A stretch of DNA of 64,000 bases from an uncultured Verrucomicrobiae bacterium (GCA_963813025.1 CAWEXO010000004.1:114308-178307), one strand, 5' to 3'; shown: positions 33,628 through 44,042, numbered from the stretch's first letter. Notes: generated by a model from the letters alone, not told the origin. Made by a program: numbers and translations.

Positions 33628-34941
33628 ATGTTTAAGCGATCCTTTTTCATGGCGCTAGCCATTCTGGCAGTGACATTCGGCGCCGCCGCCCAGCAGCAAT
33701 CCATCACAATCGCTGTTGTCAATAATCCAGACATGATCCGGCTTAAGAAGCTTGCGAGCAAGTTCGAGGAAAAGAACCCGAACATTCGAGTGAACTGGGT
33801 CGTGCTCGAAGAGAACGTGCTCCGGCAGCGGGTCACTACCGACGTTTCGCAGGCAAGTGGTCAATTTGATCTCGTTTACCTCGGACTATACGAAGCACCG
33901 ATTTTTGCCAAACGCGGTTGGCTGCGTCCAATCGAGAACCTGCCAGCCGACTACGACTTGGACGATGTTTTCAAGAGCATTCGCGACGGCCTGTCCTATG
34001 AAGGCAAGCTTTACGCGCTGCCTTTCAACGCGGAAAGCTCCATGCTGATGTATCGCAAGGATCTCTTTGAGGCGAAAGGGCTGAAGATGCCGGAACAACC
34101 GACCTATGACGATATTACCAGGTTTGCTTCGGCTCTGACGGATAAAGCAGCAGGTATCTATGGGATCACACTGCGAGGCAAACCCGGTTGGGGGGAAAAT
34201 ATGGCGTACATCGATACGCTGGTAAATACTTACGGGGGTACCTGGTTCGACACCCAATGGAAGCCCACTATCAACACGCCGGAATGGAAAAAGGCGATTA
34301 CTTATTATGTCGATCTCATGCGGAAGAATGGCCCACCTGGAGCCAGTTCGAATGGGTTTAACGAGAATTTGACGCTTTTCGCGGGTGGTAAAGCCGCGAT
34401 GTGGATCGATGCGACTTCCGGCGCAGGGCCTCTGTACGACAAAGCACAATCCCAAGTTGCGGACAAAGTTGCGTTTGCTAATGCTCCTATCGCGGTCACC
34501 CCGAACGGATCGCACTGGCTCTGGTCCTGGGCCCTGGCAATTCCGAAGTCAGCCAAACACCCGGAGGCAGCCCTGCAATTCGCTTCTTGGGCAACCTCCA
34601 AAGATTACATCAAGTTAGCAGCCGCGGACGGCGGTTGGGCAACCATTCCGCCAGGAACCAGAAAATCTACTTACGATAACCCCGAGTACCAGAACGCTGC
34701 ACCGTTTGCTGCCGTTACCTTGCAGGCGATGCAAACGGCCGATCCAACTAACCCGGCAATTCGCAAAGTCCCGTACATCGGTGTGCAGTTCGTCGGCATC
34801 CCGGAGTTCCAGTCTATTGGCACGCAGGTAGGCCAGAATCTATCAGCCGCCTTAGCCGGCAAAATGACGGTTGATCAAGCGTTGGAAGCGAGTCAGAGCG
34901 AAGCTGAGCGCGCGGTCAAGCAAGCCGGGTACTTGAAATAA
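33628..34941 (+). CDS. Second polyol ABC substrate-binding protein (paralog)
   Basis: Highly similar to 30632-31945 over full length. Confidence 0.9.
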   Translation: MFKRSFFMALAILAVTFGAAAQQQSITIAVVNNPDMIRLKKLASKFEEKNPNIRVNWVVLEENVLRQRVTTDVSQASGQFDLVYLGLYEAPIFAKRGWLRPIENLPADYDLDDVFKSIRDGLSYEGKLYALPFNAESSMLMYRKDLFEAKGLKMPEQPTYDDITRFASALTDKAAGIYGITLRGKPGWGENMAYIDTLVNTYGGTWFDTQWKPTINTPEWKKAITYYVDLMRKNGPPGASSNGFNENLTLFAGGKAAMWIDATSGAGPLYDKAQSQVADKVAFANAPIAVTPNGSHWLWSWALAIPKSAKHPEAALQFASWATSKDYIKLAAADGGWATIPPGTRKSTYDNPEYQNAAPFAAVTLQAMQTADPTNPAIRKVPYIGVQFVGIPEFQSIGTQVGQNLSAALAGKMTVDQALEASQSEAERAVKQAGYLK

Positions 34942-34981
34942 ACCGAAGGTAAGTCTACCAAAGAAGGGAGCGAGCTCACTC

Positions 34982-35908
34982 ATGAGTGTTGAAACGTCAG
35001 TGCCGCCGGTAGCGCCGCCGCCGCCAGCCACCGTGGCGGTCAGCCGGGCCGATAAGCTCAAAGTGTGGCTCATGGTTCCATCGGTGGTCCCGTTGCTCGT
35101 CTGGATGATCGTGCCGCTGGCGATGACCGTGTTCTTCTCGTTCATCCCTTTCAACCTGCTTAACCCGGCTCCAATTAAGTTCGTTGGCCTGCAGAACTAT
35201 CAGTTTCTTTGGAACGATCCGGCGTTCTTTCCGGCAATCCTCAACACGCTCATCTTCATCGGTGCGGTGCTCCTGATCACCGTAGTGGCTGGTGTGCTGC
35301 TGGCTGTGCTCTACGACCAGGAGTTTTTTGGTAAAAACGTTGCCATGCTGTTGGTCATCGCACCGTTCTTCGTTATGCCAACAGTGAGCGCGCTGATCTG
35401 GAAAAACATGATCATGCATCCGGTCTATGGATTGATCAGCCTGGCCATGCGCTCGGTCGGCTTGCCGGCCATTGACTGGTTTGCCGATTACCCGCTGCTG
35501 TCGATTATTATCATCGTCTCCTGGGAATGGATTCCTTTCTCCTTCCTGATACTGGTCACCGCTTTGAAGTCGCTCGATCAAGAGCAGAAAGAGGCGGCCG
35601 CCATCGACGGTGCCGGTCCGGTGACCCAGTTCTTTTATATCGTTGTGCCGCATCTGCAGCGGGCGATTACGGTCGTCATTATGATCGAAACGATTTTCCT
35701 CCTCTCGATCTTTGCCGAAATCTACGTTACCACTTCGGGGGGGCCGGGTCATGCCACGACCACCCTGGCGTTCCTCGTGTATGCGCTTGGCCTGCAACAG
35801 TTCGATGCCGGAATTGCCTCGGCGGGCGGCATCCTGGCAGTGATTTTAGCGAACATCGTCTCCATCTTTCTCGTTCGTATTCTTGCCCGCAATCTCCAGA
35901 CCGCTTGA
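34982..35908 (+). CDS. Sugar ABC transporter permease (SmoF-like)
   Basis: EAAAIDGA EAA motif; multiple TM segments. Confidence 0.9.
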   Translation: MSVETSVPPVAPPPPATVAVSRADKLKVWLMVPSVVPLLVWMIVPLAMTVFFSFIPFNLLNPAPIKFVGLQNYQFLWNDPAFFPAILNTLIFIGAVLLITVVAGVLLAVLYDQEFFGKNVAMLLVIAPFFVMPTVSALIWKNMIMHPVYGLISLAMRSVGLPAIDWFADYPLLSIIIIVSWEWIPFSFLILVTALKSLDQEQKEAAAIDGAGPVTQFFYIVVPHLQRAITVVIMIETIFLLSIFAEIYVTTSGGPGHATTTLAFLVYALGLQQFDAGIASAGGILAVILANIVSIFLVRILARNLQTA

Positions 35909-35909
35909 T

Positions 35910-36719
35910 ATGCCGAAAATCAGCAAAATCGTTATCACTCTTCTCGGCTGGTTCATCGGCATCATCTTCTTTTTCCCGATTTTCTGGATCGCAATCACCG
36001 CGTTCAAAACGGAAAAAGGCGCGTATTCGCCCGACTTGATCTTCATGCCGACGCTCGAGTCGTTCGCCGACGTCTTTGCGCGCAGCAATTATCTGTTGTT
36101 CGCGCGGAACTCTATACTGATCGCCTTTGGTTCGACGCTTCTGTGTTTTATTCTCGCGATTCCTTCTGCTTACCGGATGGCCTTTTTCCCAACCCCGAAA
36201 TCGCAAAGTGCGATGCTCTGGATGTTGTCTACGAAAATGATGCCGGCCGTAGGTGTGCTGATTCCGATTTACATTCTCTGGCAGAAGTTAGGCCTGCTCG
36301 ACAGCATACCGGGGTTGATTCTTATCTACACGCTAATCAATCTGCCGATCGCCGTCTGGATGGCCTACACCTATTTTTGCGAAGTGCCCAAAGGCATCCT
36401 GGAAGCAGCCCGGATAGATGGGGCCGACATCTGGCAGGAACTCTGGCATCTGCTTCGTCCAATGACCCTTCCCGGCCTCGCCTCAACCGCCCTGCTGCTC
36501 ATCATCTTTTCGTGGAACGAGGCCTTCTGGAGCATCAATCTCTCCAGCGCCAATGCAGCGCCGCTCACGGTTTTCATCGCTTCTTACTCTAGTCCGGAGG
36601 GATTGTTCTGGGCAAAACTCTCCGCCGCGTCTTTTTTGGCAGTCGCGCCAGTTATGGTGCTCGGTTGGTTGACCCAAAAGCAGCTGGTCCGCGGACTCAC
36701 CTTTGGCGCGGTGAAGTAA
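35910..36719 (+). CDS. Sugar ABC transporter permease (SmoG-like)
   Basis: EAARIDGA; QKQLVRGLTFGAVK C-terminus. Confidence 0.9.
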   Translation: MPKISKIVITLLGWFIGIIFFFPIFWIAITAFKTEKGAYSPDLIFMPTLESFADVFARSNYLLFARNSILIAFGSTLLCFILAIPSAYRMAFFPTPKSQSAMLWMLSTKMMPAVGVLIPIYILWQKLGLLDSIPGLILIYTLINLPIAVWMAYTYFCEVPKGILEAARIDGADIWQELWHLLRPMTLPGLASTALLLIIFSWNEAFWSINLSSANAAPLTVFIASYSSPEGLFWAKLSAASFLAVAPVMVLGWLTQKQLVRGLTFGAVK

Positions 36720-36800
36720 GTGCCAGTGTCAGTTTCAATGGCAAAGCTAAGCTTTAGTGGCTGTCGCGTAGCGACTCACATCATGTCTCTGAGGGTTGTT

Positions 36801-36988
36801 CTGGTAGGGCGAAAATTTATCCGACGTGTCCGCCGAAGCTTTAGCGAAGGAGGAGCTTTCAGCGAAGACTCGTTTGAGCCGGACGCCGGAGTTGCCACCG
36901 TCCAAGACGGCTCCTCCTTCGCTAGAGCTATGGCGGACACCGTCAAACAAGTTCTCACTAAGGCTCAAATAAATTTTCGCCCTACCAG
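36801..36988. repeat. Nested palindromic REP/MITE-like element
   Basis: Perfect 20-bp outer IR ctggtagggcgaaaatttat; inner ~31-bp IR gtgtccgccgaagctttagcgaaggaggagc. Confidence 0.8.
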
Positions 36989-37097
36989 TCGTGGACCAGC
37001 GCGACGTTGCGAGACAATCTCGTAGCCCCCCCAAAGACCTCGGCGAATCCGCTTGAATTCGCCTTAGCGCCGACGCATCTTTGCCGCCTCAGTCGTC

Positions 37098-37174
37098 CGG
37101 GCCGTAGCACAGCTTGGTAGTGCGCTTGAATGGGGTTCAAGAGGTCGTGGGTTCGAATCCCGCCGGCCCGACCA
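37098..37174 (+). tRNA. tRNA-Pro(GGG) with encoded CCA
   Basis: CGGGCCG acceptor, CTTGA-ATGGGGT-TCAAG anticodon arm, GTTCGAATC. Confidence 0.97.
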
Positions 37175-37187
37175 ACCGGCGGCTTCG

Positions 37188-37919
37188 TTGCAGGAATGCT
37201 TCATGACATGCTGGGCAAAAACGGTTAGACAAGAAACTGTGGTTGCGCGTATCGCCCTGTTCCTCATTCTCGCGGGCGTTTTTCCCTTGATGGCTCAGGA
37301 AACCCCGTCTCCGACTCCGAGCCCGGTTGCTCCACAGCAGAGCGCCCGTCCGGAGCCAGCGGCTTCGCGTTTAGCTCCTCCGCAGGCCGAGGGGTCGCCA
37401 AGCCCAGCGCCGGCCGCTCAGCCGAGTCCGGGCCCGCTGTCCGCACCGCAGCTTTTGCCGGAAACGAACCAACTGCCGGCGCCACCGCCTCCTGCGGCTG
37501 CGGCTCCCAAAGGGCCACCCTCAGCCGCTCCCTTGCCGTACGATTTGATTCCCGGCGGAGCCCCGGCCCCGACCCCTCCGCCAAAACCGTCGATTACTCA
37601 ACAAGCCCTTGATCGAATCCGGTTTCGGCAGCTCCGCAGCATTGCCGAGAACGATGCTTATGCGATGCGGCTTCGCTGGGAGGCGGCCCAGGCAAGCACT
37701 TTTGAAGGGCGGCGGGAATATTTGCGAGCATACTACCGTTACACCGCCGCTCTGATGCGCAAAATCGAACCGCGATTGAAAGCGACAATCGATGGTTACG
37801 AAAACGGGAACATCGCCGGCTTGAAACAGGTGAACATCAAGCCCACGATCCCGCTCCGGGATCTCGAACGGCAGCGGTCACAGCCACAAGGAACTGCTGC
37901 TTCCCGGCAAGGTTCGTAG
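37188..37919 (+). CDS. Secreted Pro-rich hypothetical protein (start uncertain)
   Basis: Hydrophobic signal, P/A/S-rich linker, helical C-domain. Confidence 0.65.
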   Translation: MQECFMTCWAKTVRQETVVARIALFLILAGVFPLMAQETPSPTPSPVAPQQSARPEPAASRLAPPQAEGSPSPAPAAQPSPGPLSAPQLLPETNQLPAPPPPAAAAPKGPPSAAPLPYDLIPGGAPAPTPPPKPSITQQALDRIRFRQLRSIAENDAYAMRLRWEAAQASTFEGRREYLRAYYRYTAALMRKIEPRLKATIDGYENGNIAGLKQVNIKPTIPLRDLERQRSQPQGTAASRQGS

Positions 37920-38083
37920 GTTTTGGCATGAAAAAGGACGCGCGATAGATTCTGTTTTTCTTCATGCCGCACAAGCGAGTGCCGATCGAGGTTTGGTGAC
38001 TCTGGTCACGGTGATGGTTGGGTCTCTGGCCGTCATCATGATCGCGTATATGATCATTTCCGCAGCGCATTAGGCCAGAGAAA

Positions 38084-38722
38084 TTAGTTGCGCGTGATCG
38101 TGCCCTGAGGGGAAACCGAGACCCGAAACTCCGCCGATGGCTGTGTGCCGTGGGAAAAGTCAGCCGTCCGCAGATAGACATGGCGACCAACTATTTTCTC
38201 GATACGGAGAAAGTCGCGAGCATTCGATGCAAGAGTTCCGTGCAACACATTGGCAACGCGATGATTTACGTTATTGACAAACACCAAGGTACCTGAGGAG
38301 TTGAGCAGAAAGAGTTTTACAAAGCAGGCTTTCGTCACCGGTTCATAACTGACTCCGAAAATCGTATTTTCTGCATTGGCAAACCCATTTTGGTCCGAGG
38401 GATTAGAGCTTGGTCCAAGAAACCCTTTCTCCGAGTTAAAAGTGTACTCGTTAATTAGAAGGTCCTGGTTATCCGACGAACCGGTTAATCTGATACGAAC
38501 GACTGGTTTATTGGCTGAGTTTCGAGCGGTCTCGAACACTTTGACGGGAGGAGCGGCAAAACCGACACAAGTCCCGGCTAGAAGTAGCGTAAGCAGACAG
38601 GTCCATCGAGTGTCGCATCGCCACCGACGGTATAGCTTAAGCGTTTGCATAAGCGCAGGCTCGGTCAAGGAAGGCCGCAGAACAATAGCACGATGGTGTG
38701 AGGAGCATTCGCGCTTGGACAC
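38084..38722 (-). CDS. Hypothetical exported protein (start likely internal)
   Basis: LLTLLLAGTCVGFA signal-like segment. Confidence 0.5.
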   Translation of the reverse strand: MSKRECSSHHRAIVLRPSLTEPALMQTLKLYRRWRCDTRWTCLLTLLLAGTCVGFAAPPVKVFETARNSANKPVVRIRLTGSSDNQDLLINEYTFNSEKGFLGPSSNPSDQNGFANAENTIFGVSYEPVTKACFVKLFLLNSSGTLVFVNNVNHRVANVLHGTLASNARDFLRIEKIVGRHVYLRTADFSHGTQPSAEFRVSVSPQGTITRN

Positions 38723-38783
38723 ACATTTGCGCCAGCGAAGCTCCGATTAAGAAAACACAGGTAGCGTACGGCGACGCGGTTGC

Positions 38784-38813
38784 TGGCAGCGCGTACGGGA
38801 TTCGAACCCGTGC
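38784..38813 (-). repeat. att remnant: 3' 30 bp of tRNA-Glu
   Basis: tggcagcgcgtacgggattcgaacccgtgc; 29/30 match to 43996-44025. Confidence 0.8.
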
Positions 38814-39040
38814 TGAAGAATCCAGTGATTCTTATCATTGGGTTATACGTTTGATTCCTACACGTGGCACCTTTCAGAGAGGACGACCCATCCTTGTTGG
38901 TCTCTCCAGGATCGCGCACGACAGGCCGGCCAGTTCAACCGCAAGCGTAGCAGCGAATAAGGACGAGATTTTCTCGCTGGCCTGCGTTAAATTAAAGTCA
39001 ATTCGCCTAACCCCCACAATCGGCGGAAAATGAGGCAGCA

Positions 39041-39870
39041 ATGAAGGCGATTGCGACCGAGGCTACGGAGCGATCGATTCCGGCCGAAGATTCACTTCGG
39101 CTTGTGATCGATGCGACGCCTGCGCTGATCCATACTGGACGGCCCGACGGTTATCTCGATACTTCAATCAGCGCTGGTTGGAGTTCCTGGGTCTGCCCTT
39201 GGAAGAGGTATGCAGTTGGCGGTGGACCGGTGCAGTTCACCCCGAAGATGTAGCCGGATTGCTGCAGAAGTGGCACGCAGCTTTGGGGAGTGGAGAACCG
39301 TTAGAGGCCGAGGCGCGCGTGCGGCGTGCGGATGGAGAATATCGGTTGTTGCTCCACCGCAAAGTGCCGCTGCGCAACGAACGAGGCGCTATTCTTAAGT
39401 GGTACGGGTCAAGCGTCGACATCGAGGAGCAAGGCGGGCTCAGGAAAGGATCCTGCAGGACGAAAGGGAGCGGCTTAGCGAAGCCCTGCTGGCCGAAGCG
39501 CAGCGACTCACCGGGACGGGCAAGGAACTGATTGCTCGTGCGATTCACAAGAGGTCGCAGCGTTCCACCCGAGCGTTTGTCAGCGTAAATTGTGCGGCCA
39601 TTCCACCATCCCTGATTACATCTGAATTGTTTGGTCACGAGAAGGGAGCCTTTACCGGTGCGATTCAGAGTCGGCTCGACCGCTTCGAACTGGCGGAAGG
39701 AGGCACGCTTTTCCTCGATGAGATTGGCGAACTGCCAATGGAGACCCAGATTGCTCTCCTGCGTGTTTTGCAAGAGCGCGAGTTCGAACGTGTCGGTGGA
39801 ACTGAGCGTATTCGCGCTAACGTGCGAGTGATCGCCGCCACTAATCGTGACCTGCAAGCCTCCATCGTCG
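39041..39870 (+). pseudogene. PAS-domain sigma-54 activator remnant with internal deletion
   Basis: PAS (AVHPED...RRADGEYR...WYGSSVDIE) joined to [29 protein letters not shown]; no HTH. Confidence 0.75.
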
Positions 39871-40127
39871 GGCAGGCCAGTGGAGGCTGGCCAACCTGGC
39901 GAAATCGTGGCTCGCGGGGCGAATGTAATGCTCGGTTACTGGAACCACCCGGATTGCACCGCGCAGGCCTTTCGCCGCCTCTTTGCGCGAATGGCTGTGA
40001 ATTCGCGACGGATTTGCGATTTCTAAGATGTTGTGACTTGTTAGGCGAACGCCTGCTTCAAGTATCTTCTCCTCGTGGAAAAGCAACATCGGATGGTGTT
40101 GGCACGAACCAAGCTAAGGGCACGAGC

Positions 40128-40700
40128 ATGGGCTTGGAACTTGCATTGGAAAACGAAAGGTGCTCCAAACAGGAGCAGAATAGCGTAGAGACGACACTAG
40201 CGCCAATTGGGTCCGCCGGTCTTCCCGCAAGAAAAGGACAGAGGCCGCAAACAATTCGTGGTCCGCTGCATATTCAGTGCAATGGACACGGAGATTCGAG
40301 GTACGTAAACCAATTAGTCGACCAAGTCTTGACCTGGCCTCACATCGAGTCAAGTCCACCGCCTGTTAGCCCGCCGGATACAATTCGAATGCGGTTGGCT
40401 GAGATGGCAGCCACCGACAAACCCTCGGCATTTTTAACTGCCAGGGAGTTTGGCCGAGTACTCTTGGGAGCTCCGACGATATATCTAGCTTTGCCATTGG
40501 TATGTGCTCACTGGGCTACCGTCCGCGGGTGGGCCGAGCCGCATTACCTTGCATCTTTTGACTTAATGCCGGCCGGAGCGGTAGTCGTATACACGCCAAG
40601 AGACGAAGGGGAGCTCGGAGTCTGCTATTTCCTTTTCTCTCAGTCGTACCGTTTTCCGTGCAGTTTTGTTTCGCGGGGAAGGGCAAGTTGGGAGGACTGA
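40128..40700 (+). CDS. DUF5519 (luciferase-domain-like) protein
   Basis: [26 protein letters not shown]. Confidence 0.6.
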   Translation: MGLELALENERCSKQEQNSVETTLAPIGSAGLPARKGQRPQTIRGPLHIQCNGHGDSRYVNQLVDQVLTWPHIESSPPPVSPPDTIRMRLAEMAATDKPSAFLTAREFGRVLLGAPTIYLALPLVCAHWATVRGWAEPHYLASFDLMPAGAVVVYTPRDEGELGVCYFLFSQSYRFPCSFVSRGRASWED

Positions 40701-41485
40701 GCCCGAAATACGTAAACATTGACTTCGGTTGAGCAATTCTTATGAGCCAAGCGCCTGCCCATCAATTCGAGTGGTGGGACCACATCTTCATCTTGCACGC
40801 AAACAGGATTGGAATCTTATTTAACAATTCTCCGAGTTTGATTTAAGAGTATAGAAGGGAAAAACGATTCCATCGTTTCCGCATTGGTCTTTATTATAAT
40901 CGTTTTTTTCTTTAGCGTCACGCCGGAAGATGTTTACCCAGTCGCCCCGCAACGTCTGTACCTCGATAAGGTCCCGGCGAGTGGAACTGGCGATGGTAAC
41001 GGCGGCTGGACGAGCTACGCGCGCAAGTGCCGCTCTGGCTACGGGACCGACCACTCTCCGGACCGAGGCGACGTCACTCTCGCCGCGTTTACCGATCTGC
41101 ATTGCTTAAAGTACGACGTCCACCTGTTCGAGCCGTTAGACAGCTCGGACGAAGTCAAAAATGGGATTAACTGACGCTCTTATCCATTTTCAGGAGGGCT
41201 TAGCTAGAGCCCCTCCAGTTGGTCTATAGTCGAGGGTATGCCAAATAAGCGCAACTGAGCGGAAATCGCGCTCCCAGTTAGTCAACCATGTAGTTGCTCT
41301 GACGCTTACGGTGATTAAACGGCCTCCTCCCTTGTCTCGCACGCTCGCGATGCGCCTTCCATTCATATCCTCGACCGTCCGGCAAGGTCGGACGCTCTTG
41401 CGCCTGCGGCCTCCTTCCGTGGGAGCTTTGCTTCGCTTTCGGCCAGACCGCTCTAAATTCATAGCACACTTCGGGAGGGCTTCCT

Positions 41486-41752
41486 TTACTCCGGTCGTCG
41501 CTCAATCAACCGATCGTAATCTAAATGAGACCCGATCCAGAACCATACAAAGCCCTCAGCTCTCTCCTTAGCCAATGCTCTGTAACGAAGACCCACCCTG
41601 GCGGACCAGAAGATGCCAATTTTTTTGAGTCGCAGCGAGGGATGGCGAGGGGTCTCCTTCAGAAGGGCAAAGTTCTTATCGGCAAGATCTCGGATGTTTT
41701 CCGACAGTTGACGATAGTGAAACCAGAACTCCGGAGAGGCGAAGTGCTTCAA
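41486..41752 (-). CDS. RelE/ParE-like type II toxin
   Basis: PRHPSLRLKKIG, WSARVGLRYRAL, WFWIGSHLDYDRL. Confidence 0.85.
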   Translation of the reverse strand: MKHFASPEFWFHYRQLSENIRDLADKNFALLKETPRHPSLRLKKIGIFWSARVGLRYRALAKERAEGFVWFWIGSHLDYDRLIERRPE

Positions 41753-41946
41753 AGGGGGGTGCAGCGTCCAGCTTTGAAATCTTCGGCCGCTCGTTTGCCC
41801 GCCGCATCGAGGCGACCAGCCTTAATGTCGGCCTCGATCTGACGATCCCACCGATCGGCCAGAAAGTCCTCGAACCATGCAGCGAAGCGGGCGAGCTCCT
41901 CGGCCGAAAGCCTTGAAATTGCCGACTCAAGATCTTCAACACTCAT
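41749..41946 (-). CDS. Cognate antitoxin
   Basis: WDRQIEADIKAGRLD; overlaps toxin start. Confidence 0.82.
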   Translation of the reverse strand: MSVEDLESAISRLSAEELARFAAWFEDFLADRWDRQIEADIKAGRLDAAGKRAAEDFKAGRCTPL

Positions 41947-42084
41947 AACCCGATACTATGATATCGTACGACGCGCGCAAACTCCCGAGGCCGCACTCGC
42001 CCGCAACGCCGCTTTGTTGCGCGTATAGACGTGCATCGCGTCACGTGCTCATCCCGGACATGGAGTTGCCCGAGCTCGTGACAG

Positions 42085-42506
42085 GCTTACGTACCAGCCT
42101 TTCGGATCAAATGTTGCGTTGTGCAGGAAACAGTGAACGTGCCAGTGTGGATCCGATCTTGCGATATTCTCGACAACCCGATCGCCTGTGATTGCCAGGT
42201 ATACGCTAAGCGACTTGGGAACTCCGAACACCAGCCCACAGCCAACCTGCCGGTTGCTCACCGTTTCGCCGTTTTCCTGGCGGCTTGTGTTCATGCGTGC
42301 CGTCAGCCGCTTGCCGCTCGTCGGATGTTCGTTTCGCAGCAATGCGACGAACTGTGACCGCTCCACCGGACCACGGAATCCTAAGCGCTCCCCTCCGCGT
42401 CCGGCCCAGACGCCAGGCTCCTTCATCAGGTAATCGGTTACTGCCAGTTCGCGGTCGAAGTACCGCTCAACACTTCCGCGCTCCGATTAACTTCGATGTT
42501 TAACAT
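42085..42506 (-). pseudogene. MOBF (TrwC-type) relaxase remnant
   Basis: RYFDRELAVTDYL, GVWAGRGGERLG, VPKSLSV, DPHWHVHCFLHNATFD; internal deletion and truncation. Confidence 0.8.
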
Positions 42507-42540
42507 ACTAGCTCTTCAACTAACCCGAGCAGGTAAACGC

Positions 42541-42560
42541 GTGCACCCCTACGCTTCGCT
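42541..42560 (-). promoter_or_regulatory. Candidate oriT nic region
   Basis: GCGTAGGGGTGC just upstream of relaxase resembles F-type nic TGCGTGGGGTGT. Confidence 0.4.
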
Positions 42561-42673
42561 TAACGCCAAAAGACTCTCTCCCGACGCTGCGCGTCGACCT
42601 CCCTTCAAGGGAGGTTCGGAAGGTAACTGGAGATAACTTGTTCAACGCGTTTCAACACTGCTCGCAGCGCTGG

Positions 42674-42772
42674 CGTTGAAAGTCGTTGAATAGCGTTGAA
42701 TAGCGTTTGAATAGCGTTGAAAGTCGTTGAAAGTCGTTGAAAGTCGTTGAAAGTCGTTGAGAGGCGTTGAAC
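42674..42772 (+). repeat. Ten tandem 10-bp repeats (CGTTGAAAGT/CGTTGAATAG)
   Basis: Units at 42674-42765; two inverted TTCAAC units at 42641 and 42651. Confidence 0.92.
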
Positions 42773-42959
42773 ACCGAGAAGAGGTAACGGTCGCTCCAGG
42801 GCCGCGACTGGCCCACTATCAACAATGCTAACGGCATCGACAATATAAAATGACAGCTATACAATGCCTCGCAAGCTCTTCGCTCGTTCTTCGCACCGAC
42901 CTGCCAAACGCAAAACAAAATGACATATTTTAGGGCAGACCTAAATTAATTGAGATGCT

Positions 42960-43163
42960 TCACACGACCTCCCGTTGGCCTTCCATAAACAGATTGATTG
43001 ACTCCCTATCAATGAGGCGAACTCCACGCTGAGCCCCTTTGTGCGACTTCACGCAGATTGATTTGATTGGCCCCTCCGTGAGCAGCTCATAAAGCCGTGA
43101 ACGAGAAAGGCCCGAGAATTTTAGTGAGCCAGGTATTCTAAGCCAGCGCGGATTCAACGTCAC
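42960..43163 (-). CDS. Excisionase/AlpA-like HTH protein
   Basis: WLRIPGSLKFSGLSRSRLYELL...RGVRLIDRESI. Confidence 0.75.
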   Translation of the reverse strand: MTLNPRWLRIPGSLKFSGLSRSRLYELLTEGPIKSICVKSHKGAQRGVRLIDRESINLFMEGQREVV

Positions 43164-43250
43164 AGGGCCAGCTATGAGTATCCTGCTGGATTTCTGTAGT
43201 TAGTATAGACATAACATAACAAAAGCGTTAGGTCTCCGTTTTCGCCATTT

Positions 43251-43421
43251 TGCATCCGCGGCTATCGTCTGCGGGTTAAGGATGTTTTGGAGCTGCTGGC
43301 CCACGGCGCTTCATGGGACGAAATTCTCGAAGACTACTCATTTCTCGAACGCGAAGATATCCAGGCTTGCCTGGATTTCGCTGCGGCACAAAGCGATCAC
43401 GCGCTCATTAAAGTGTCGTGA
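43251..43421 (+). pseudogene. DUF433 antitoxin, N-terminus missing
   Basis: CIRGYRLRVKDVLELLAHGASWDEILEDYSFLEREDIQACLDFAA. Confidence 0.8.
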
Positions 43422-43747
43422 AGTTCTTGGTCGACAACCAACTTCCACGTGCTCTGGCAACGCTACTGGGGAATCTGGGCCACCACGCCGTGCATGTCCT
43501 CGATTTCGAACTTAGCCAGGTCGATGATATCGCGACCTGGGCATGCGCCGCCCAAAACGGCTATACCATCAGTTCCAAAGATGCCGACTTCGCTGACCTA
43601 GCTTTACTAGCTGGGACCGAAGTACGGCTCATCTGGGTGCGGATCGGAAACTGCCGAAAATCGGTGCTGCTGGAGGCATTCAAAAACGCGCTAAAGAAAA
43701 TCGAGCAGGAACTCGAAGCCGGCGAAACCTTGATTGAATTGTACTAA
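43418..43747 (+). CDS. DUF5615/VapC45 PIN-like toxin
   Basis: MKFLVDNQLP, HAVHV, SKDADF, WVRIGN. Confidence 0.85.
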   Translation: MKFLVDNQLPRALATLLGNLGHHAVHVLDFELSQVDDIATWACAAQNGYTISSKDADFADLALLAGTEVRLIWVRIGNCRKSVLLEAFKNALKKIEQELEAGETLIELY

Positions 43748-43995
43748 ATTGGCGCCGAGCGTTAGCCCTCATGTCTGGCTGTGCGGATCACCCAGAATAG
43801 GTCAAGCATGAGAGTACATGTCAGCGCTTGTCCGCCAAAGCGCAAGCAATGGGCCATTGTGCAACTTCCACGCTCACAATTCAAAACGACCATCAGCGGA
43901 CGGCCGCGGACGGGTTACAAGATCTGTTACAATTCAAGCCAACTCACTCTAGCCCCCCAGTCCTAAGACACTGGTATCCAGTAACTTAGAACTAT

Positions 43996-44042
43996 TGGCA
44001 GCGCGTACGGGACTCGAACCCGTGCACCGGCCTTGAGAGGGC
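43996..44042 (-). repeat. att remnant: 3' 47 bp of tRNA-Glu(CTC)
   Basis: Reverse complement GCCCTCTCAAGGCCGGTGCACGGGTTCGAGTCCCGTACGCGCTGCCA; 5' half absent. Confidence 0.85.

Noticed and set aside
42674..42772. Possible CRISPR array
   Set aside because: 10-bp contiguous units with no unique spacers and no cas genes
43996..44042. Intact tRNA-Glu gene
   Set aside because: Only anticodon arm to CCA present; D arm and 5' acceptor strand absent
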